The notes under the pieces: generated by a model
What the model was told of the DNA's origin: nothing
Database searches by the model: none
What the model saw: the letters and a program-made list of their open reading frames with translations, nothing else
Shown: piece by piece, positions 9,407-17,354 of the stretch
Position numbering within the stretch: position 1 is the first letter of the stretch
Layout: the number at the start of each line of letters is the position of its first letter
DNA from: Candidatus Zixiibacteriota bacterium
GTDB lineage: Bacteria; Zixibacteria; MSB-5A5; GN15; FEB-12
Length of the DNA: 64,000 nucleotides
NCBI GenBank assembly: GCA_041742355.1
Contig: JBGSIV010000139.1
Location: 511 to 64,510, forward strand
Direction of reading: 5' to 3'
Position numbers and translations under genes: made by a program

Positions 9407-10231
9407 CTACCGCAGACCCTCGAACAGGTCGGTCTCGCGCGTGCGCCCGCCGTTCACCAGACTAAATGCGCGGTAGAACTCCTGCGATCCCCAGAGTGAC
9501 TGGTGGTACTCCGGGGGCAAGTCGGCCAGTTTGGTGTAGATCGCCAGTTGTGTTTCGTGGCAGGAGATCGCCTCCCACGCCACCGACCAGTATGCCGTCG
9601 TATCGACCACGGTGGTGACCGCCCAGTCGGCCCAGGGGGTGGCGTAGCGGTCGACCCCGTCGATTGTCGTCTTTAGCTGTTTGAACGCCGCCTGATAGGC
9701 CGCCCACTTCGGCTCGGTCCAGGCCATGTAGTAGAGCTTCGCCACGGCGTGCGGCGGATGGTCGCCGGGGAACTCCGGATCGGCGGCGCGCACAATCCCC
9801 GCCTGCGTGAACTGGCAGATCGCGATGTGATCGGGATGTCCGTACGCTCCGTCAGGAGCGAACGTGACCACCACCTGCGGGCGGATCCTCCGAATATGCC
9901 CGGCAATCCGCGCCGCCGCTTCCCGGGGGTCGGCCTCGTCCAGCTCGCCGTCGATGTAATCGAGAAAGTGCACCTGCCGCACGCCGAGCACCCGCGCCGC
10001 CGCGCGAAGTTCCCCTTCGCGTTTTTTCGCCACCACGTCTGTCGGCGGACGGTCCGGGTCGGTGCGCAGGTAGTTGCCGTAGCGCCCCGCCTCGCCGCGG
10101 GTCGCGGTGATGACGTATGTCTCGATCCCTTCCCGGGCGTAGCGGGCAAGGGTTCCGCCGAGTCCGAGAGACTCGTCATCCGGGTGGGCCAGAATGGCCA
10201 TGAGCCGGAGCGGTGCCGTCACGGTTCGCAT
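9407..10231 (-). CDS. PIG-L / LmbE family deacetylase
   Basis: LMAILAHPDDESLGLGGTLARY carries the AHPDDE motif, and HPDH follows later in the sequence. Confidence 0.8.
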   Translation of the reverse strand: MRTVTAPLRLMAILAHPDDESLGLGGTLARYAREGIETYVITATRGEAGRYGNYLRTDPDRPPTDVVAKKREGELRAAARVLGVRQVHFLDYIDGELDEADPREAAARIAGHIRRIRPQVVVTFAPDGAYGHPDHIAICQFTQAGIVRAADPEFPGDHPPHAVAKLYYMAWTEPKWAAYQAAFKQLKTTIDGVDRYATPWADWAVTTVVDTTAYWSVAWEAISCHETQLAIYTKLADLPPEYHQSLWGSQEFYRAFSLVNGGRTRETDLFEGLR

Positions 10232-10395
10232 CTCCTCCTGAATTCCAAATATCGATGAAAATAGTCAACGAAGCGGCCCCCGGCAAGGGCTTTTGCGCCC
10301 GGTTGCGCGGCGGGGGAGAAGGGGCGTCCGGACCGGGCTCTGATTTTGGTACGCGGCGCGTTTCCGCTTTGCGAGCAGAAGATCCCTGCAACGGA

Positions 10396-10428
10396 AAGGG
10401 CCCGCGACCGGTGTGGTCGCGGGCCCTT
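10396..10428 (-). terminator. Rho-independent terminator downstream of the LamG/dockerin gene
   Basis: A perfect 12-bp GC-rich stem, GGGCCCGCGACC / GGTCGCGGGCCC (10398-10409 pairing with 10415-10426), encloses a 5-nt loop. On the minus strand a TTTCCGTT tract follows it. Confidence 0.65.
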
Positions 10429-10451
10429 GAACCATCAATGCTACAGGTACT

Positions 10452-13400
10452 CTAATCGCACGGCGGCGGCGGCGTGCCCGCCTTGAACAGGAAGTTCACG
10501 AGGTACGTCAGATCCGACACGATAATCGTGCCCGAATTGTTGGCGTCCCCTTCTTCCAGGCACGGCGGCGGCGGGCCGGATTTGAACAGGAAGTTGACCA
10601 GGAAGGTTAGATCCGCCACATTCACCACACCCGTGCCGTTGGCATTCCCGCGGAACTGGCAGCACGACTCCACGTCGACTGTCCAGCCGGTGAAGCCGAC
10701 CGCCGGGATCTTCGCGCCCGACACGACAACCCGGGTGAGGAACCCGAACGGGGGCGAGGGCAGCTCGGGCGTGAACCGCACCGAATCGGCCATCACGTGC
10801 AGGGCATCCTTGTTGTAGTCGAGGTGAATCTCCACGGGGGTATCCCAGATGCCGGTGCAGGCGAGATCGCCCGGCGCTCCGCCCGTCCCCCGGGTGCTCC
10901 ACTGCCAGCCATCCGGCGGCGAGGGCACTGTCCCGCCGGGACCGGCGTGCTGCTGCACGGTCGCGATCAGCTGATTGTTGCGGAAAACCTGCACCGTGTG
11001 GGTGGCCGCTCCGAGCGACGAGAAGTCGGCCTCGAGTTGCCACTCCCCGGTCAGGGTCTTCGTGGCTCGTGCCGAGCCGGCGGCCCGCTCGAGAGTCCCC
11101 GGCGCATCCTGATAGGCTTTGGTCTGCAGGAACGCCCCCGGCGGCAGGAGCACGCCGGTACCCTCCGGTTCGAGATCCCCCCAGTGCGTGCCCCAGGCCT
11201 TTGTCGCCGTGTCGTGCATTACAAACGTCACGCCGATCGGGCCTGGATCAAACGGTCCGATCCATATGACCGTGTCGAGCGTCACCGTATCCACGTCGAT
11301 CGGCGGGAACCAGATGACGATGATGATGACGGTATCAATGGGCCAGACCCAGACCAGGGTATCCGGCGGGCAGGGGCTCGGCAGCGGCAGACACTTCGTG
11401 CTGTCCCCCTGGTACGATCCCTCGATGCAATTGTCATGAACGTACTGGTAACAGGTGTCGGCCAGGCAGCACGACCCGGTTACCGTATTCGGATTACAGC
11501 AAGTTTCCACCGGGTATCCGCCGTACGGCGTGAAGCACGATGGCCCGTTCTGGAGGAAGCACTCGAGCAGCTCGATATCCTCCTGGTCGACGGCGCAGTC
11601 GCCGTTGAGGTCGGCGTGGCACATCGAGTCGATCGGCGGCGCCCAGCCGTACACGATTCCGATCAGGATCTCCAGGTCGATATCGGTCAGAGGCACGCCG
11701 TTGCCGTCGATATCCCCGGTTGCCAGGCAGACGCAGGTGTCGCAGGAAACCGAGTCACACAGGGTGAGGTCTCCCTGGTAGATTCCGCCCATCAGTTCGC
11801 ATGCCGCCTGGCCCATGGTCATGATGCATCGCCCGCCGCCGCCGCCCGGATCTCCTCCGACCCCGCCCGGTAAGCAGCACGCCCCCAGCGGGAAGCATTC
11901 GGTCGTCGCACACGACGATCCGATTCCCTGGTAGACGCCGTTCAGGACATAGGTGCACGAATCATAGGTCGTGCTGTCGGCGCAACTGCCGTCCGGAAGG
12001 CAGCAGGACCCGAACTGGTACTGGTCGCAGATGGCCGAGTCACAGTTGGTGCTGTCCCCGAGGTAGAACCCGCCCAGGTCGTCGCACTCCTGCTGGCCGA
12101 GCGTCATCACGCAGGTCTTGTCCTGCATGCAGCACGCCCCGATGATCACATCCGTGGAGCACTTCCCGAGCGAATCCGCCAGGAGCAGTGAATACATTTC
12201 GGTGCTCGACAGTTTTCGGTCGAATATCTCTACTTCGTCAAGCTCTCCCGGATACCGTTGGCCTCCCATGCTCCGTCCCCCGAGCACGAGCGACACCGTG
12301 TTCGTCAGGGAGGCGCTGTGCGGTGTCGGATCCGCCGTCCCGATCGCCAGCCCGTCCACGTAGAACGTAATGCCGGTCGGGGAGGCCCGATCCACCGAAA
12401 CCGCGACCAAATGCCAGTTCCCATCCGCCACGAAATACCCGGAGAGGAACGTCGAGGCCGTTCCGTCGGCCATTTCCAGCGCCAGGATACCGTTCTTCAG
12501 CAGCAGCGAGTAGCCGATCATCGACACCGTGTCCATCTTGTCCACCAGCGCCACCGTGCCGGAGGACGCCGTTGTTTTGATCCACGTGTCGATCGAGAAG
12601 TCCCCCAGCCCGAAATTCACTTCGACCGCGTCCGCGACATCAACCTGGTCGTTGACACCGTCGAATTGCAGGGCGCCGCCGACCTTCCCCGCCACCGGGG
12701 TCGGCCCCCCGACATGCGTCCCGTTGTCCGCGGTGCCGCGAATGTCTCCGGCCGTGGGACCGCCGATTTCATCCAGCGGCCACCAGTTGAGCAGGTCATC
12801 CGGCGCGTTCACACAGTTGATCGAGGTGAATCCTTCTCCGCGCGCCAGGATATACGGCTGCCCGATCGAACCGTCGATCGCCACGTAGGTACCCAGATTC
12901 CGGCCGATCGCCAGCACGACGAAATCGCTCGGCCAGCTGTCAAACACCTCGTGGGTTGAGCACGACCAATACGACAGGATCGAGTCGGTCAGGTTCGTCA
13001 GCGCCGGGTGCGTCACCACGATGTGCGAAAGGTTGTGGCAGGATGAACCGAACACGCTGAATGTCCCGTTCGGGCTCAGCGAGTCGAACATCGTCACCTG
13101 GATCGGCGTGGCCGAAAACCCGTAGGAACAGCCCAGCGACGCATACAGCCCCGTCTCTCCGCTGCCGGCGTTGGCGGTCACATACTGTATCCCGTACTTT
13201 GAGAGGCTGTCGCCTCCCGAAACCGAGTGGAAGACCTCGTCGGTGCCGATCAGGATGACGTTCCCGTCCACCGCCGCATTCCAGGTCGCCTGGTTGAGAA
13301 TCGCCGCCAGAAAAGGCGTCGTGTCCCCCACGCAGCCCGGGTCGCCGATAACAATCGCCTCGTACGAGGAGAACTGGGCGGTCGACATCGATCCCCAGGT

Positions 13401-13592
13401 GGCGTTGTTGACCACCACGGGCGTGAACCCGGCCTGTTGAACCCAGTAGTACTCGCGGCTGTTAGCGGCCGGCGAGCTTACTGTCGACTCGAGAATGAGC
13501 ACTTCGTTGGGCGCCGCCTCAGCGCCCGAGACCGTGCCAAGCACCAGCAGCGTGGAAAGCACCACGCCCGCTCCTGCACTTGTGAATCGCAT
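10452..13592 (-). CDS. Large secreted protein with a LamG (concanavalin-like) domain, four Cys-rich modules and dockerin-like EF-hand repeats
   Basis: The signal peptide MRFTSAGAGVVLSTLLVLGTVSGAEA sets my preferred start at 13592 (the track ORF starts at 13637). The LamG-like core is LQFDGVNDQVDVADA...DFSIDTWIK...GNWHLVAVS...LDEVEIFDRKLS. Modules of the form G(A/S)CC..C..C..Y(Q/L)GD.T.C repeat four times. The C-terminus GNANGTGVVNVADLTFLVNFLF / GDANNSGTIIVSDLTYLVNFLF is dockerin-like. Confidence 0.75.
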   Translation of the reverse strand: MRFTSAGAGVVLSTLLVLGTVSGAEAAPNEVLILESTVSSPAANSREYYWVQQAGFTPVVVNNATWGSMSTAQFSSYEAIVIGDPGCVGDTTPFLAAILNQATWNAAVDGNVILIGTDEVFHSVSGGDSLSKYGIQYVTANAGSGETGLYASLGCSYGFSATPIQVTMFDSLSPNGTFSVFGSSCHNLSHIVVTHPALTNLTDSILSYWSCSTHEVFDSWPSDFVVLAIGRNLGTYVAIDGSIGQPYILARGEGFTSINCVNAPDDLLNWWPLDEIGGPTAGDIRGTADNGTHVGGPTPVAGKVGGALQFDGVNDQVDVADAVEVNFGLGDFSIDTWIKTTASSGTVALVDKMDTVSMIGYSLLLKNGILALEMADGTASTFLSGYFVADGNWHLVAVSVDRASPTGITFYVDGLAIGTADPTPHSASLTNTVSLVLGGRSMGGQRYPGELDEVEIFDRKLSSTEMYSLLLADSLGKCSTDVIIGACCMQDKTCVMTLGQQECDDLGGFYLGDSTNCDSAICDQYQFGSCCLPDGSCADSTTYDSCTYVLNGVYQGIGSSCATTECFPLGACCLPGGVGGDPGGGGGRCIMTMGQAACELMGGIYQGDLTLCDSVSCDTCVCLATGDIDGNGVPLTDIDLEILIGIVYGWAPPIDSMCHADLNGDCAVDQEDIELLECFLQNGPSCFTPYGGYPVETCCNPNTVTGSCCLADTCYQYVHDNCIEGSYQGDSTKCLPLPSPCPPDTLVWVWPIDTVIIIVIWFPPIDVDTVTLDTVIWIGPFDPGPIGVTFVMHDTATKAWGTHWGDLEPEGTGVLLPPGAFLQTKAYQDAPGTLERAAGSARATKTLTGEWQLEADFSSLGAATHTVQVFRNNQLIATVQQHAGPGGTVPSPPDGWQWSTRGTGGAPGDLACTGIWDTPVEIHLDYNKDALHVMADSVRFTPELPSPPFGFLTRVVVSGAKIPAVGFTGWTVDVESCCQFRGNANGTGVVNVADLTFLVNFLFKSGPPPPCLEEGDANNSGTIIVSDLTYLVNFLFKAGTPPPPCD

Positions 13593-13924
13593 ACTGTCCT
13601 GTCTTTGAGAGGTTTTTCCTTCAGCCGTTCGCTGCACCTACGGAACACTTCGCACGCTCGGCCCCACGGTGTCCCGAGGGCCGGTCTTGTATGGATCTGT
13701 CAAACGTATAGTACCTGCGCGAGGATCTTCGGACGGGTTAATGATATACTATATCGGTCTATAAAGTCAAGGAAAATCGCCGGCCGAGGATCCTGCCGGC
13801 CCCCGGCGCGGCCGGGTGGGGGGGAAAGCGGGCTGTTCGGCCCCTGCGGGCGGTCCGGCTCCCCCGGATCGAACGGGCCGCTCCATCGGATTGCGGCCGT
13901 GAAGATCCCGTGCGAAGCGCTATC

Positions 13925-14014
13925 GGTGAATGGCCCTGGTGAGGCGAATGGCCCTGGTGAGGCGAATGGCCTTGGTGCGGTGAGTGGCCTTGGTGAGGCG
14001 AAAGTCCCTGGCGC
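13925..14014. repeat. Tandem repeat, 5 x 18 bp (GGCGAATGGCCCTGGTGA consensus, degenerating rightward)
   Basis: Read directly from the sequence. It lies in non-coding high-GC DNA just left of the compositional break. Confidence 0.8.
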
Positions 14015-15460
14015 GACGGGAAAGCGAAGGGACGTTCTGTGCAGGATGGTGTGAAGGCTCACCGTCAGCCTCTCCGGGGAGCCTGGTGGAACCTCCCGGA
14101 TGAAGCGACCGATGGAGCAGGGGAGTTACGCGATTGGGTCGAGGCTGCCGATATCCAGGATCTGAGGCGGGAGGTGTATCGAGGGAAGGTGACAGAAGTG
14201 TATTGAGAGTCGGACGTAAGAGGCGGATGCAGCTGAAAGCATTACTCTCGAACTGCACCTTCGATGGCGCAACTCTTTGCCCGACATACAAAACCCCTTT
14301 CAACTTGGTCGCTGAAGGGGTGCATATTCATAAAAAAGCTCCGTAGTAGAAGCTTTGTTCCAAACTAGGCTATTTGACCCAAATTGGCCCTCCTTGTACC
14401 ATCTTCCGAAAACTTTCCTACAGAAGCCCGTGAATTCCGGCCAACATGCCAGCCTACTGCATTTAAGCATCGCTAAGACAGTGAGTTATGGCAACGGCGG
14501 GGCTGGCCGACATCCGGTCCGAGGGGACATCTCGGTACATTTCAAAGCGCAAATAGGGTTGAGTTGGGGGCAAGTGAGCCTTGATAGGGACGCTGGCAAT
14601 AATACAACAATCAGGCAACTTGGGACGCTATTAGAATCTCTCTTGCGCTGACATGATTCAAATCCTCACAGCGGAAACATCAGTCCATTTTGTGCCGCAT
14701 GCGATTAGGATACATAGATCCACATCCGTCAAGCCCCGCATTTGATCGATTTCTGGATCCCTATCCGTTCGAGGGACAACAGACTACGAAGGCTGATTCT
14801 ATTTGAGAAGGGTTCTTACTTGCTCAGGGCTAACTGCCTCGAGCGTCTCAGGGTTGAATAAGATGTCATCTCGGGTGCAGTAGTACAGCTTCTCCCAGCG
14901 TTCCAATAAAACTCTCCAAGTCTCCTCCTGAATCTTCAAGACCTACTCATCCGCCTCCGTTCCCCGAATTCCTCAAGAAGCTTTCGTCGAGCACTTGCCA
15001 TGGTGATCCAGTGAAGTGCAGTCTGCGCTTCGCGGACCTCGGAGTCAAGAATTGATCCACCCATTCTCTCAAAGATAGGAGGCTTATCCCGACTGATAGA
15101 AGTCTTTGCGCAACTCATATGATTCCATCGCGTCAAGTTTCTCACCATGGATGCCGTCGGCGACTTGCGATTCCTTTCAATGGCCTGAGTGAGCCGTACT
15201 TGTGAACTTCAGTTGTCCAGTCAGGTGCACCTTCGACTCGACGTGATCTAACGGCGCAGAGATTATTCCTGCGACTCCGAAGCCGTGACAGCTCTTGCGG
15301 TTATGGCGCAGCAGCAACTGCCGCGAGATACCAGTTGTGAACAGGGAAAGAATTTCTGAAATTCCCGTGAAAATCACAGGCATCGCGGCCATGTACATGT
15401 GAGTAGACTGCTGGAGATATCGTCCGGCGAAATAAGTTGACCCGATAACGAGGAGATCGC

Positions 15461-16030
15461 ATGAGTGATTCAGCCCGTGCATTTTGGGATGAGGTCCTCG
15501 ATGAAGGATGGCAACGGCGAGGACCCGCCATAGTGGTCAACCGCATATTCGCCAAATATCAACTTACAATCCCGTTTCAAGAGGCTGAAGATCTTTTCTC
15601 GGAGGCTCTGGAGCGCATCCTCAAGAACGAATCGATCGCTAAGCTTCAACGTATGCCGGCTATCGACGTTCGGAGGCTGTTATTTGGTTATCTCCGGAAT
15701 GTAGTGAGAGAGTGGTTTCGAAAGACCAAGCGGCATCCGTCGATTTCTTTGGACGGGCCGGGATCTCAAGTTGCGTTGGAATATCAGGTAGAAAGCCTGA
15801 TACAGAAGCCCGATCTTCGTGGACGGATTATCCGCGAGGCTCGAGACGCCCTTGAACCGGAAGAGCGGTTGATTTTTGAGCTTTACTATTTTGATGGAAG
15901 AACTCAGCAAGAGATATCTGATTATATGTCCTGCTCGATCGGAACGGTAAATGGGCTTGTGCAGAGCTCTTCTAGAAAGTTTCGCGATGTTGTTGATAGA
16001 GTATGCGAGGTGAAGTATGAAAAGATGTAG
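15461..16030 (+). CDS. ECF-type sigma-70 family RNA polymerase sigma factor
   Basis: 189 aa. LFGYLRNVVREWFRK looks like region 2. ERLIFELYYFDGRTQQEISDYMSCSIGTVNGLVQSSSRKFRDVV is the region 4 HTH. GAGGAG lies upstream of the ATG. Confidence 0.8.
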   Translation: MSDSARAFWDEVLDEGWQRRGPAIVVNRIFAKYQLTIPFQEAEDLFSEALERILKNESIAKLQRMPAIDVRRLLFGYLRNVVREWFRKTKRHPSISLDGPGSQVALEYQVESLIQKPDLRGRIIREARDALEPEERLIFELYYFDGRTQQEISDYMSCSIGTVNGLVQSSSRKFRDVVDRVCEVKYEKM

Positions 16031-16655
16031 AGGGGATCAAGAACTGCGCCAATACCTCCGCGGCAATTTGCAGGATGAACTCATGGACGCGATTGAGGAG
16101 CACCTCATTATCTGCGACAATTGTGCGTCCCGAATTAAAGAGGTGCGCCTGGAGGTGGAAGTTGAGAGACTGGTGACTCCTGTGGTTCAGGATATGAAGA
16201 AGATTTTTGCCGAAGACCGGACAAGTGCGTTCCAAGTTATTGTCCGGCAAGCCGATCAGGTATTCAAAGACTCTCTGGCTGGCCTGGAGGATGCTCTCAG
16301 GCGCCTCCTCGATGGGTTTCGTCTGGCCACTTTGGTTCCAGCTGTCGGAGGAGTCTTGAGTTCCGATGATACACGGCAGAGTAGAGCAATTGAACTGCTG
16401 CTTCATGACAGGAAATTGAAGCTCGAAGAACTATCATCGGATGCGAAGTTCGAAATGAAACTTGATCGCGACGGACGGAATCTGCGGCTCTATGTTCCTA
16501 AGAAGATGATTGAGAAGCACTCAACCTTGGATGTTGTTGACGGAAGAACCAGATCGACAATCCAGCAGATCCATACGGATGCTACGGACGGTTCATACGT
16601 CATTCCCCTCGACTTACTACAGCAAGGTGTGATGCTGCAGATACGAAAGGAATAG
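16017..16655 (+). CDS. Zinc-binding anti-sigma factor (ZAS, HxxxCxxC), apparently cytoplasmic
   Basis: EEHLIICDNCASRI carries the H-x3-C-x2-C motif near the N-terminus. Its start overlaps the sigma gene by 14 nt. No hydrophobic transmembrane segment is visible. Confidence 0.65.
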   Translation: MKRCRGDQELRQYLRGNLQDELMDAIEEHLIICDNCASRIKEVRLEVEVERLVTPVVQDMKKIFAEDRTSAFQVIVRQADQVFKDSLAGLEDALRRLLDGFRLATLVPAVGGVLSSDDTRQSRAIELLLHDRKLKLEELSSDAKFEMKLDRDGRNLRLYVPKKMIEKHSTLDVVDGRTRSTIQQIHTDATDGSYVIPLDLLQQGVMLQIRKE

Positions 16656-17354
16656 TGTAGCCACTTCTGTCCGCCGATATCCTTCTGTCTTTCCGGTGCT
16701 GCTCACTGCTTGTTTTCCTATTGCGTCTGATAGATGTACGCCCCGTCGGTGCTAAGACGGTTCTCCCAGTCGTCATGAGTATTCTCGGCAGGCGGGCCGT
16801 ACAGATGGTGAAGGCGAGACTGAAGCGTAGTCAGCATTTGCAGGCGGGATCAATTCTGGCCCATAACAAACTCCCCTCAGTATGCCAAGAATGATCGCGT
16901 CAATTTCAAGCATGTCGTTACCGGTTTCGCTGGATGGCAACTATAGTGGCCGGTTCCGAAACCAGCAGCGCCGTCAACTGCACCATCGCATTACCCTCGC
17001 GAACACGAGTTACGAGAGGCTGTGCGCTCTTAGCTCTGAGAACTACGGGTGGTGCGATATCGGGTACTACAGTAACCAATTTTGCACGAAAGAACTTGTC
17101 CCGGCGAGTCGAATACTATCCAAATCGAACCGGGCAGGGTCACTTGCTAAGACTACACACCGGTTCGGAAGCTGCAACGGCTGCTCGATCTCTGGCCTAC
17201 CTTTGTCGGCATTCGCTATGATCCGTATGATGATGAAATTCAAACCTGGTGAGCCCGAAGAGGATCAAGTGGGAAAGGCAAGGGCTAAACATGATTGCTA
17301 TCTTCCTGGTTCACCTAAAGGCTACAGAAATTGAAGTAATCTCTCAGGAACACC

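Noticed and set aside
7991-9499. 502-aa plus-strand ORF
   Set aside because: It is antisense to the PLP decarboxylase, which has the DPHKW PLP-lysine motif. The translation is Arg/Pro-rich.
13925-14014. Tandem repeats here, at 54780-54847 and at 33577-34056, considered as CRISPR arrays
   Set aside because: The units are head-to-tail with no unique spacers. The repeat lengths (15-39 bp contiguous) and, for 33.5-34.1 kb, the coding context rule out CRISPR. No cas genes are present.
13227-14062. ORFs of 275 aa (plus) and 120 aa (minus) across the 13.6-14.1 kb spacer
   Set aside because: They are Arg/Pro/Gly-rich and span the 18-bp tandem repeat and the antisense of the LamG gene start. There is no RBS or motif support, so I treat the spacer as non-coding.
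14647-14656. 10-nt direct repeat GCTGACATGA, also present at 54566-54575 near the tRNA (possible attL/attR)
   Set aside because: It is too short. A 10-mer shared between two roughly 500-nt end regions is expected by chance at appreciable frequency (order 0.1-0.3), and identity does not extend beyond it.
14647-14680. GATTCAAATCC string resembling a tRNA T-loop (possible tRNA fragment or att site)
   Set aside because: The flanking bases cannot form a 5-bp T-stem, and the sequence does not match the 3' half of the tRNA-Asn at 54609-54681.
16882-17334. 150-aa plus-strand ORF between the anti-sigma gene and the lipoprotein operon
   Set aside because: It has no RBS, an odd composition, no motifs, and broken frames with more protein-like text on the opposite strand. 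I treat the region as decayed or non-coding.
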